Shown here one piece after another: positions 12,901 to 24,879 of a DNA stretch of 64,000 nt. Both the position numbers and the translations under genes were made by a program. Each line of letters begins with the position of its first letter. Position 1 is the first letter of the stretch. Under the pieces are notes generated by a model. That model had not been told where the DNA came from and made no database searches. It worked only from the letters and a program-made list of their open reading frames with translations. The stretch is from Mytilus trossulus (taxonomy: Eukaryota), in the NCBI RefSeq assembly GCF_036588685.1, contig NC_086373.1, forward strand, positions 76,260,001 to 76,324,000. Reading direction: 5' to 3'.

Positions 12901-15900
12901 TTCATTTTATAGTTGTGTCAATTCAAAGACTGCAACTGTTATTAATTAAGAAATGACTTAATATTATTTTTGCCTATGTAGGAATAACACAAAATACCAT
13001 AAAAGATGTTGTGCACAGTGAATATCCTGAGAAGCTGATTATTTTAAAGTGTGCACTACATGTTTTATAGTATTTCCAATAGGCAGAAAAAAAAAATTTC
13101 ATTATCTTTTGAGGCGATATGTATAGGGGACACAGCCACGTTTACTTTTATTTCTATAGAAGTCGCTCTTCACTATACTACTACCTGTCGATACATTTAT
13201 TTTTGGCATTGCACAAGTCATGTCTTCTTTGACTATTAATGACGTTAAAATACTAAATCCCTGTGATGTGTTTTAGTCGATTTTAGTCTCTGATGCATGA
13301 TTTTTTACTATTAATTGGTTTTGGCTTTTAACTAGCTGTCAGTAACTGCGAGTACTCTCAAATCGTATTTTCTTGTTAATTCGACCTGTTGATACTGTTT
13401 ATAATGCTTTTTTGTCATTTTTTATTTATATGGATCTTTGCTGTATACCAGCTTTGATTATTTGTAATATCTTCAATTTTTCACTTATTCTTACAACATT
13501 TGTATAAACTTCAAGGTTATAAAAAAAAACGTTTTTTTTCTAAAGTGAACATTGATTGGTCAAATATTTCTCAGTGTGTTTGAATTTGTTTGTTAGCCTT
13601 TTGGTCATGAATGTTTGTCTCTAATATTTAATTAACTGTGCATTTGTATTCAGATATCGCAGATCAAATTTATTCGTTCATTGTGTAATCATACTTTTTT
13701 TGATTGAGTTAAGTCTGCCAATTGATATTTTATCGTATGTTTTTATATGTTGTGATGTTATGCTATTGTTTCAGAAAAAGGGAGAAGGTTTGGGCCCATT
13801 AAAACGTTTAATCCCGCTGCAAATGTTTGCACCTGTCCTAAGTCAGGAATCTGATGTACAGTAGTTATCGTTTGTTTATGTAATATATACGTGTTTCTCG
13901 TTTCTCGTTTTGTTTATATAGATTAGACCGTTGGTTTTCCAGTTTGAATGGTTTTACACTAGTTATTTTGGGGCCCTTTATAGCTTGTTGTTCGGTGTGA
14001 GCCAAGGCTCCGTGTTGAAGGCCGTACTTTAACCTATAATGGTTTAATTTTTGAATTGTTGTTTGGATGGAGAGTTGTCTCATTGGCACTCACACCACAT
14101 CTTCCTATATCTAATTACAGTTATTCCTTATAATTAAATTGTAAATTCCATTTAAAACAGTAGTAAATCATAAAAAAAAAATGATGACATCACGGTCACA
14201 TGACAAAATTATTTCTATCAGCTGATAGACAAAACACTGTCTGTCAATCAGAAGATCTGTTACATACAAAGTTAAATTATTTATTTATATAGTTTTCCTA
14301 GATGCTAGTTTGAATTTAAAATAAAATGAATGTGATTAACTTAGTATTTACAACACTATTCATTTCAATTCTCTGTAAAGGGGATTGACCAAAATAAAAA
14401 AGCTTATTATATGAAATGTCCTTTTCAAATACATACTTTCAAAAGAAATACCCATCATATATGTGTTATTCAAGATTCTGATTTATCATTGCTTACTTTT
14501 GCTATTATTTTTTTACATATTTTTAACCTTGTTTTTAGATGATGATGGACCCCCACTATCTAATACTGATGTTAAGAACCTTGTCATACTTACAGAATTA
14601 CCATTTGTTGTCTCCTTTGCAGAACGTGTCAAGGTATAATAAACTCATCATAGATACCAGGACTAAATTTAGTATATACGCCAGACGCGTGTTTCGTCTA
14701 CAAAAGAATCATCAGTGACGCTCGAATCCAAAAAGGTTAAAAAGGCCAAATAAAGTACAAACTTGAAGAGCATTGTGTCATTGCTGCTTTTTTGTCTCGC
14801 CTTGACGGAGTCAAAAAGTGAGACATAGGTATGCTGTTTCCGGCGTCGGCGACGGCGTCAACAATGTATTAGTTTGTGATTAGCTCAGTTTTATGGGGAA
14901 CCACTAGTGGTATGTCAATGATAATTGGTATGCAGATGTATTACCATAGCCACATCTCATTGCCATGGAGATTTTTTGGCTTCGCCCCCTCAGTCATGAT
15001 CTATTGACTTTGAATGGTTTGCTTACTTTACATGTATTAGTTTGTGATTAGGTCAGTTTATGGGGATCCACTTGTGGTACATCAATGATAATTGGTATGC
15101 AGATGTATTAGCATTGTCACATCTCATTGCCATGGAGATTATTTGGCTCCGCCCCCTCAGTCATGGTCTATTGACTTTGATTGGTTTGCTTACATTACAT
15201 GTATTAGTTTGTGATTAGGTCAATTTATGGGGATCCACTTGTGGTAGGTCATTGATATTTGGTTTGCAATTGTATTAGCATTAATTGGCACAATTCATTG
15301 CCAAAATTACAAAAAGGCGAGACATATCTCTGTGATAACAGTTTATTATTTATATGAAAAAAAGATGAAACAAATGTTTTAAAAGCCTATTACTTTTACT
15401 TTTCTTGAGACTATTTGTTTCATTTGGTTGATTCATGTTTAGGAAGTAAAAAAATTCTTGTAGAAAATGTGAAAATATTTAATCATTATTCAAATGCATT
15501 TTCAAAGTAACATGTAGTGTCATAACTGATATTTCCTATCACAGATATTACAGAAGTTGATTCAGAATGACAGAGAAGAAAACCAAGGAGATACACACCA
15601 CTTCTTGTCTGGTCCTGCAATCAGTGTTATGATCAGGAGAAACTATATCTATGAAGATGCATTTGATAAACTCTCACCTGAAAATGGTTGGTTCTCTTTA
15701 GTTTAAAAGTTGTGGTTCAACTGAACATTAAAAAATAAAGCCTTATCTATCAATTTATCATTGATCCTGTAACACAATTTATATTCAGCATTTGCCTAAT
15801 CCTTCCCTCCATGGTTAAGGTATAATACAGTCAACCTTTACACAGTATATATACAGTCTTTGAAACTGAAAATTACGTGAATTTGAACTTGAATAAAATT

Positions 15901-18900
15901 GAGCGGTCACACTTAGCGCAATTTAGAAGTGGAATTTTACCATTAAGAGTGGAAACTAGTAGATACTCAAACGAAAGTGTGGAAGAAAGACTATGTATAT
16001 TTTGTAAAAAAACTAGAAACTGAAACTGAGTTCCATTTCATGTTTGATTGTCCATTGTATATTGAATGTCGAGTTAACTTTTTTGGTAAACTTTTAATTG
16101 AGGAAAATTTCACAGATTTGAATCATGCTGACAAATTGAACATTTTAATGTCTTTCCACATAAGAAAATAAGCAAAATATATAGTTCGTGCATTTCATAT
16201 CAGACGTCAGTTGTTATATAACACTTAATTATTTTTTTTTACATATTTAAAGCTTAAATTTTTGTTTACAAATATTTTTATGTCTATATATTTTTGAAAC
16301 TTTTACGTCAACGAAAGATTAGAACGTGATATAATTGTTACATAATTGTTTTACTTTATTTGAGGTGACTTATAGGTCCATTGGGCTGGGTGTATTACTA
16401 TTTATCATATATTATATGTTTATAATCTGTGCACATGCCACTATAATAAATAATTTACTTACTATACAGTCTCTGTCCATACTTACAGTAAAGTTTTCAT
16501 CATTTCAAAATCTCAAAGATTGTGGGTATTTCATATTGCCACTGGTTGAATATCAATTGTATAGGACAATGTTAAGCAATCACTATGTTATGTATATACT
16601 TTTGAAACAATTACAAAGAATTCATTAAATTCTGAACGCTGAAGTATAATATTATATTGCAGAACCAAATCTAAAGTTGAAGATGAGAGTACAGTTAGTA
16701 AATGCTGCTGGACTAGATGAGGCTGGTATTGATGGTGGAGGTATATTTAGGGAGTTTTTATCAGAGTTGTTAAAGACAGGGTTTGATCCTAACAGAGGAC
16801 TATTCCTGAGTACGACAGACAGATTGTTATACCCTAATCCACAAGCTGCTCTGTTGATGGATAACTTCACACAGCATTATTTTTTCCTAGGAAGGATGTT
16901 AGGAAAGGTATTTTTAACGAGATATTTGCCATTGTACTATTTTTTTGTCACCAACTTAACAATGACTTTGAATAAAATCATATGAGTTTAGAGCATCTTT
17001 AAGACCATTATAAACTCAGATAGCTAATTAGTTTTATCAAAATCTATTGTTAACATTATAAGAAAAGACTTTAAAAAAAAGTTTGATTTAAGATATTTGT
17101 TTACTGAAAACCAAGGTAAAAATATTTTTGTATTTCTAAGATTGTGTTTTTTCTAAAGCTCTCTTAATTTTTGTTCCAGGCTATTTATGAAAACATGTTA
17201 GTAGAGATTCCATTTGCCAGTTTCTTTCTGTCCAAGATTTTAAGCCGACATGGTGGTGACCTTGACATACATCATCTAGCGTCATTAGATCCAGAAATGT
17301 ACAAGTATGTAGTGTATTATTAGCATTGAGCTATTGAAAACTCTTATTAAAAGAAAAATGGGTTTTATGGGGCAAAATATTTTACCCTGTATGGTAGAAA
17401 AAGAACCAAGGACTCCACAAATCGTACTCAAATTCCAAAACCTCATCTAAGTGCATCCTTGAGTATTGATTCTTCAGTACTCAATATATATCTTATATCT
17501 TGAGAACTTTGTCTTCCATGCCTTAAACATTTGTTTATCAAGTCTTAACAGAAAAACAATTATTATTTGTATATTGGTAATTTCTTACTTGATCAGTCTT
17601 GTGGTTAAATAACATACAACATTGTTTTAAGATGCAGGTAGTCCAAAATTTGATCTAATATCTTTTTTTTTATATCATTTCTTTTCTAACAATGTATTCA
17701 TATATTTTACAGAAATTTGTTATCGCTGAAGACTTATGATGGTGATGTATCAGACTTGGGCTTGGATTTTTCAGTGGTCAACAATGACTTTGGCCAAACT
17801 AAAGTGAGTGTTTCTTCCATTGATTATGTTCTGTTTCATGAATTTTAAGTCTAGAAATCATAGAGTTCATACTTGATTTAGATACATGTAGTATAACAAA
17901 CTTGACAGCCTGAACTTAGCTTTCATGATCAGTGAAACTTAAAAGATCTTTTTCTTGAAAATAATTCAATCAATAAATTTCTATAACATATACATGTAAT
18001 ACATAGGAATATAAGTAAGGAAAGGTAATGAAAAAATTTGCTTGTAGAAAGAGGGGAAAGAAGTGAAAAAAAATGTGATGATCTAGAAAATAACTATATT
18101 TTTAAAGTGTAAAACTGGTATTGCTATCAATATCTTTGATACTCGCTGGTAGATTTGATAGAAAACAAAAAGTAGGAGACCTCCCTATGAGGAAGGTTTG
18201 AAAAGTTATTTGAAAAACACACTAAAAATGTCCTGATATATGTAAAAAAATGTATGATTTTGATTTAATGAATCATGTATTTGTGAATTACAGATAGAAG
18301 AATTAAAACCGGGTGGACGTGATATTGCTGTAAACAACAGCAACAAAATTGAATACATTCATTTAATGGCAGATTATAAAATTAACAAACAGGTAATGTA
18401 CATTTACAATGTAGCTTATGTTAACTATTTTACATGATTCTTAATTCAAAATATTAAGGCAAATTACTTTAGTCTTCAGGTTTTCTTTTTCATTCAGTGA
18501 AAATCTATCAAATAAAACTTGACATCAATTGATGACGAAGATTATATTGAGTTTATATCTGGATTTTATTGTAATGTGCATTATAAAAAGTGACAAAAAT
18601 GTTGATGCAGACCTTAAAAATACGTAAGTTTCAATGAATTTTCAAAGTATACTAATTATTTGTGAGGTATCAATTTTCTTAATTTTATTGATAATAATTA
18701 AAAAAAGATGTAATACTGTGTGGGTTCTGCTTATATTTAAAGGACTTACAGTGATCTATAAATGTTAACTTCTGTGCCATTTTGTCTCTGGTGGATAGTT
18801 GTCCCATTGCAACCCACATCACATCTTAATTTTTTTTTTATATTAAATACCTAACAAAATGCAAGTCCTTACCTATTAAATGCATAATTCAAACCAGGTG

Positions 18901-21900
18901 TCTTTAAATTTTTCATAAGGATTGAAAACACATCTGCAAACAAAATTTAAACAGCATAACTTTGTTTATATTTAGATAAGACAGCACTGTACAGCATTCA
19001 GACAGGGAATGGCTGATCTCATTAACTTGGAATGGTTGAGAATGTTTGACCATCAAGAACTACAAGTTCTTATATCTGGTGCCCTGGTTCCTGTTGATAT
19101 AGCAGATCTCAAACACCACACAAACTATTCAGGTAAATATTCACTAATGGGATACAACTCATATCTTATATCTGGACCCCTTGTTCCTGTTGATATAGCA
19201 GATCTTAAACACCACACAAACTATTCAGGTAAGTATTCACTAATGGGAGACAACTCATATCTTATATCTGGTGCCCTGGTTCCTGTTGATATAGCAGATC
19301 TTAAACAGCACGCAAACTATTCAGGTAAATATTCACTAATGGGAGACAACTCATATCTTATATCTGGACCCCTTGTTCCTGTTGATATAGCAGATCTTAA
19401 ACACCACACAAACTATTCAGGTAAATATTCACTAATGGGAGACAACTCATATCTTATATCTGGTGCCCTGGTTCCTGTTGATATAGCAGATCTTAAACAC
19501 CACACAAACTATTCAGGTAAATATTCACTAATGGGAGACAACTCATATCTTATATCTGGTGCCCTGGTTCCTGTTGATATAGCAGATCTTAAACACCACA
19601 CAAACTATTCAGGTAAATATTCACTAATGGGAGACAACTCATATCTTATATCTGGTGCCCTGGTTCCTGTTGATATAGCAGATCTTAAACAGCACGCAAA
19701 CTATGCAGGTAAATATTCACTAATGGGAGACAACTCATATCTTATATCTGGTGCCCTGGTTCCTGTTGATATAGCAGATCTTAAACACCACACAAACTAT
19801 TCAGGTAAATATTCACTAATGGGAGACAACTCATATCTTATATCTGGTGCCCTGGTTCCTGTTGATATAGCAGATCTTAAACACCACACAAACTATTCAG
19901 GTAAATATTCACTAATGGGAGACAACTCATATCTTATATCTGGTGCCCTGGTTCCTGTTGATATAGCAGATCTTAAATAGCAAGCAAACTATTCAGGTAA
20001 ATATTCACTAATGGGAGACAACTCATATCTTATATCTGGACCCCTTGTTCCTGTTGATATAGCAGATCTTAAACACCACACAAACTATTCAGGTAAATAT
20101 TCACTAATGGGAGACAACTCATATCTTATATCTGGTGCCCTGGTTCCTGTTGATATAGCAGATCTTAAACACCACACAAACTATTCAGGTAAATATTCAC
20201 TAATGGGAGACAACTCATATCTTATATCTGGTGCCCTGGTTCCTGTTGATATAGCAGATCTTAAACAGCAAACAAACTATTCAGGTAAATATTCACTAAT
20301 GGGAGACAACTCATATCTTATATCTGGACCCCTTGTTCCTGTTGATATAGCAGATCTTAAACACCACACAAACTATTCAGGTAAATATTCACTAATGGGA
20401 GACAACTCATATCTTATATCTGGTGCCCTGGTTCCTGTTGATATAGCAGATCTTAAACACCACACAAACTATTCAGGTAAATTTTCACTAATGGGAGACA
20501 ACTCATATATTATATCTGGTGCCCTGTTCCTGTTGATATAGCAGATCTTAAACACCACACAAACTATACAGGTAAATATTCACTAATGGGAGACAACTCA
20601 TATCTTATATCTGGTGCCCTGGTTCCTGTTGATATAGCAGATCTTAAACACCACACAAACTATTCAGGTAAATATTCACTAATGGGAGACAACTCATATC
20701 TTATATCTGAACCCCTTGTTCCTGTTGATATAGCAGATCTTAAACACCACACAAACTATTCAGGTAAATATTCACTAATGGGAGACAACTCATATCTTAT
20801 ATCTGGTGCCCTGGTTCCTGTTGATATAGCAGATCTTAAACAGCACACAAACTATTCAGGTAAATATTCACTAATGGGAGACAACTCATATCTTATATCT
20901 GGTGCCCTGGTTCCTGTTGATATAGCAGATCTTAAACACCACACAAACTATAGAGGTAAATATTCACTAATGGGAGACAACTCATATCTTATATCTGGTG
21001 CCCTGGTTCCTGTTGATATAGCAGATCTTAAACACCACACAAACTATTCAGGTAAATATTCACTAATGGGAGACAACTCATATCTTATATCTGGACCCCT
21101 TGTTCCTGTTGATATAGCAGATCTTAAACACCACACAAACTATTCAGGTAAATATTCACTAATGGGAGACAACTCATATCTTATATCTGGTGCCCTGGTT
21201 CCTGTTGATATAGCAGATCTTAAACACCACACAAACTATTCAGGTAAATATTCACTAATGGGAGACAACTTATATCTGGTGCCCTGGTTCCTGTTGATAT
21301 AGCAGATCTTAAACACCACACAAACTATACAGGTAAATATTCACTAATGGGAGACAACTCATATCTTATATCTGGTGCCCTGGTTCCTGTTGATATAGCA
21401 GATCTTAAACACCACACAAACTATTCAGGTAAATATTCACTAATGGGAGACAACTCATATCTTATATCTGGACCCCTTGTTCCCGTTGATATAGCAGATC
21501 TTAAACACCACACAAACTATTCAGGTAAATATTCACTAATGGAAGACAACTCATATCTTATATATGGTGCCCTGGTTCCTGTTGATATAGCAGATCTTAA
21601 ACAGCACACAAACTATTCAGGTAAATATTCACTAATGGGAGACAACTCATATCTTATATCTGGTGCCCTGGTTCCTGTTGATATAGCAGATCTTAAACAC
21701 CACACAAACTATACAGGTAAATATTCACTAATGGCAGATCTCAAACACCACACAAACTATTCAGGTAAATATTCACTAATGGCAGATCTCAAACACCACA
21801 CAAACTATTCAGGGAAATATTCACTAATAGCAGATCTCAAACACCACACAAACTATACAGGTAAATATTCACTAATGGCAGATCTCAAACACCACACAAA

Positions 21901-24879
21901 CTATTCAGGTAAATATTTACTAATGACAGATCTCAAACACCACACAAACTATTCAGGTAAATATTCACTAATGGCAGATCTCAAACACCACACAAACTAT
22001 TCAGGGAAATATTCAATAAGGGGAGACAGCTTGTATTTAAAACACAACATTTTTAGACACATGCTTAAAATTATGATACTATATGTAAAGTTAATTTAAA
22101 ATATGCTGCTCTATCAGGTTTTCTGTATAAATTGAATGGAATTGACTTAGTCAAGCAATAATAAATGAAAACTAATAAGTATAATCATTTTAAAACAGTT
22201 ATTATTGTATTTAGTAGATTTTGTTTTGTTTTTGTTTTGTTTGTATGAATGATCAGGGTTTCCCCTGGGTCAATTATTATTTTCGCCACCTCTTTAGCCA
22301 AAACAATATATTTTTCGCCACTTTATTATTTTTTTCGCCAAGTAACACAGATATATTTTTCTTTTAAAATTGACCTTTTTTCCAGCCCCCTCCCCCCCTA
22401 AATAAGAAGTAGTTTTTACAACAAAACGAAGCATCTAATCACTTGGAATTGATCCCTCGTGTAAGGTGTAGTCATTACATTGAAAGTTTACTCTCATGCC
22501 AACCTTTTGAATATATTTCTTCATTACGACAGTTTTCTTTTCTAGACCATCGTAAATAAGTTAAACTATATGCTTGAAACACGTGTATAAGTGAAATGAA
22601 TTTGAAGTACCCACTCAAATCAATGATCTATATGAAAGTTAAATGATAAAGTTTTAAATCAGAGACCTTTCTTGCTTTTGAACATTTTTCGTCATAACAA
22701 CAATTTTCTTTTCTAGACTATCATTTAAAGAAGGAGAAGAAGCGTAAAAATTCTGCTGTAAACACGTGCGTCACAAAGTGGTTAATAAATCCCTTTTGTG
22801 ACATGAGACAGAAGCCATTTAACCATATCATTTTGTTATATCATACAATCAACACCTTTATTAATTAGTCCTTTGATGTCGATAGCTATGAATGCAATCA
22901 GCAGATTATTGATTTTCTGTCAAAATCTTAACGAGTTTAAGGTGAAATCCGAGTATTGTCTGATCGGTAAAGTCAGAGAAACCCGAAAAAAGTAAGTAAA
23001 CAAGATGGCTGAAAATAAATCGTTAACATATAATTCTTTCTCCAAATTCTTTTCCCAATGACGAATTTTAATCGCCACAATTATTATTTTTTCGCAAATT
23101 GCGAAAATGGCGCCAGCGGAAACCCTGAATGATCAATTGATATAAGAGTGACTGCATCAAATGTTGTACAATATTAACCCAAATTGAGTCCTATAAATGA
23201 TCAACGAATTTGACTTGAATTTCAAATATATTAAGCAAGTAATAATCAATCATTAAGTTATGAATGTTTAATTTCAGGAGGCTACACATCAGATCACAGA
23301 ATTATAAAGTGGTTTTGGGAAGCAGTAGAAAGTTTTACAGACCATCAAAAGAGACAACTATTAAAGTTTGTGACTAGTTGTTCAAGACCACCACTGTTAG
23401 GATTTAAAGTAAGTGTGAAATAGTTCAGGTAAAGTACAGTTACTGCTTATATTTATCAGTTAAGACAATTACGGCCTTTATACAATAGGAATGATAGTAG
23501 AAAATCATCATAGTTTTGATTTGATAGTGTGCTGAAACAGACATGTAAGTTGAATATATGCCAATGAGACAGCAACCAACCACACAAAGAAGGGAAACCA
23601 AGATAGAATTCAAGAGGTGTCTTGCAGAACTTTGTTACAAATTTTTTAATGTTTTTATTGTTTGTTGTAAATGAAATTATATAGATAAAAAAAATATTTA
23701 AAAGCTTGCAATAGCTAATAATTACATTACATGTATGTTTCATTATACTTCTTTATTCTGATTGGCTAACTGCACATCACATGTTATTCCTTAAGCAATT
23801 GCACTACTCAATAAAACTTTTCATTCATGATAACACATGGTCCCACAATAAAGTGCACAGGTGACTTAAACAAAGAAATCATAAAATTAATGTTTTCATG
23901 ATCATAGCTGAAAAATGTAATTATAAGTATTGAAATCTTCTTTTTGTAACTTTATAGGGTTGTCAAAGCTTTGACCGTGCGCACATTTTTCATACAAAAT
24001 GTACTTCGGTCAACGCTTTTACACCCCGATGAATTCACAAAAAGAAGCATTCAATTCTTAAAGAGATAGGCTTAAAGTCATATGAAACCAGTGAGTGGTG
24101 AAAAATAATGTTTATCCAATTCTTGACCCAATGCATGTATATATCATAAACTTGGAACTCTGTGCACGATTATGTCATTTTTTTACGCAAATATATCGTA
24201 TAATCGTCAAATTTTTTTCTCTCTCTCTGTTATGATTTAACAAATATGGCTGCTCATTAAATGCTGTGTTGTTTTAAAGCCGAAGTTTACCAATGGTCAC
24301 CTTAAGGTAAATAAATAACAAAAAGCATGGGTATTGAGTACGTGTTTAACATGTACAATCAGATGATTGTTTATTTTAATGAAAGATCCTTGCGTATTGC
24401 GATCGCCGGATTTTTACAAGGAGGGTTATGTTCAGGTCAATATGCATACGGAAAATATGTCCACGAATTGCTTCCTGGAAGTAAGCAATTAAAAATAAAT
24501 AAACTTCTTCTAAATGTGGACAAATTAAAGAATTTTCCTCAGAAAAAAGTATATGTACATAAGTTGTATAATGAAAACTATCCATTTAGTTATAAAAAAC
24601 ATATTCATGTTTTTTTTTAATTTGAGGTTTCTTATGACTTTAAGTTCATTAAGCTTTCATTGTAAAATTGTCCACAGTATATTTAAAAAAAATATATTAT
24701 ATATTTTTTAGGATCTGTACCCAGCATTCTGTGTTCATCATGGTGGAAGTGAAGAACGTCTTCCTACAGCAAGTACCTGCATGAATCTCCTAAAACTTCC
24801 AGAATTTGGCAATGAAGAAACACTAAAAAATAAACTGTTATATGCCATTGAATCAGGTGCTGGTTTTGAATTGAGTTGA
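970..24879 (+). CDS. UBE3C: Ubiquitin-protein ligase E3C (HECT E3), 5'-partial, 21 exons in window
   Basis: GT-AG exons with consistent phases: 970-1101, 2191-2303, 3317-3450, 3936-4089, 4515-4765, 5226-5365, 6161-6336, 6814-6900, 7288-7445, 7986-8200, 10143-10247, 12729-12813, 14539-14633, 15545-15686, 16663-16907, 17180-17304, 17713-17803, 18294-18392, 18976-19132, 23278-23408, 24712-24879 (TGA). Motifs: [42 protein letters not shown], catalytic [14 protein letters not shown] and C-terminal GAGFELS*. Confidence 0.95.
1549..1893. repeat. Perfect 171-bp tandem duplication (2 copies)
   Basis: ATGGTTGGTAGGTTGAGAAAC... starts at 1549 and at 1720 with identical sequence. Confidence 0.92.
2715..3197 (+). 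mobile_element. HINE-like non-autonomous Helentron element with 2 x ~166-bp internal repeats
   Basis: 5' TTATACTCCCGC with inverted copy GCGGGGGTAT near the 3' end; GTCC/GTCA microsatellite; 3' hairpin GAGC..GCTC; inserted in a T-rich site. Confidence 0.75.
8215..8550 (-). repeat. Copy of the dispersed SINE-like repeat
   Basis: Reverse complement of 13780-14113. Confidence 0.7.
8706..9701 (+). mobile_element. HINE-like element with ~5 x 170-bp internal repeats
   Basis: 5' GGGCCCCG with 3' inverted CGGGGCCC; 5' hairpin CCGACT-AAA-AGTCGG; GTCC/GTCT microsatellite; 3' hairpin GAGATGG-CTT-CCATCTC; ends CTAGTT. Confidence 0.8.
10849..12595 (+). mobile_element. HINE-like element family A, copy 1 (~3 x 500-bp internal repeats)
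   Basis: 5' TTAGCTCACCTGGCCC-AAA-GGGCCAAGTGAGC; 3' AGGTGAGC inverted repeat followed by hairpin GGCTCT-TT-AGAGCC and CTAGTTT; internal units start near 10921, 11421 and 11921. Confidence 0.85.
13760..14113 (+). repeat. Abundant dispersed SINE-like repeat (3' end TTGTCTCATTGGCA..CACCACATCTTC)
   Basis: Related copies at ~8215-8550 (-), 28265-28542 (-), 29900-30210 (+), 39185-39525 (+), 51372-51597 (-) and 61130-61330 (-). They share one end and are variably truncated at the other. This copy may extend upstream to ~13120. Confidence 0.7.
14678..14721 (-). ncRNA. Minimal type I hammerhead ribozyme motif within a dispersed repeat (~14640-14775)
   Basis: Minus strand: GCGTCA-CTGATGA-TTCT TTTGT AGAC-GAAAC-ACGC-GTC-TGGCGT. 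Core boxes, GUC triplet and stem I are present; the first stem II pair is mismatched. Confidence 0.7.
14791..15343 (+). mobile_element. HINE-like element with ~2.6 x 168-bp repeats
   Basis: 5' TGTCTCGCCTT with 3' inverted AAGGCGAGACA; (GGCGTC)-type microsatellite; units TGTATTAGTTTGTGATTAG at ~14865, 15033 and 15200. Confidence 0.75.
15858..16462 (+). mobile_element. 5'-truncated LINE fragment (ORF2 C-terminal CCHC region, 3'UTR and tail)
   Basis: Reads [22 protein letters not shown]...ERLCIFC, then after a frameshift [13 protein letters not shown]; ends AATAAA...TTACTTAC. Confidence 0.75.
19068..22030 (+). repeat. Minisatellite made of the UBE3C exon 19 / intron junction: 28 x 96-bp units then 6 x 48-bp units
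   Basis: Unit = last ~65 nt of the exon plus first ~31 nt of the intron, reading [32 protein letters not shown]. Donors at 19133+96n, with a 1-bp deletion (~20526) and a 7-bp deletion (~21270). Confidence 0.97.
22254..23127. mobile_element. Non-autonomous DNA transposon, hAT-like termini, 6-bp TSD
   Basis: 15-bp TIR CAGGGTTTCCCCTGG / CCAGCGGAAACCCTG with one mismatch; AATGAT on both flanks; subterminal TTTTCGCCA repeats. Confidence 0.8.
24076..24639. mobile_element. TTAA-flanked MITE (Kolobok-like RR...YY termini)
   Basis: TTAA|AGTCATATGAAACC ... GGTTTCTTATGACT|TTAA. Confidence 0.78.

Noticed and set aside
19009-22099. Four ORFs of 176-323 aa read as a novel repeat protein, or the array read as CRISPR
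   Set aside because: They are read-through of the exon/intron minisatellite. Units are near-identical with no unique spacers, there are no cas genes, and the context is eukaryotic.
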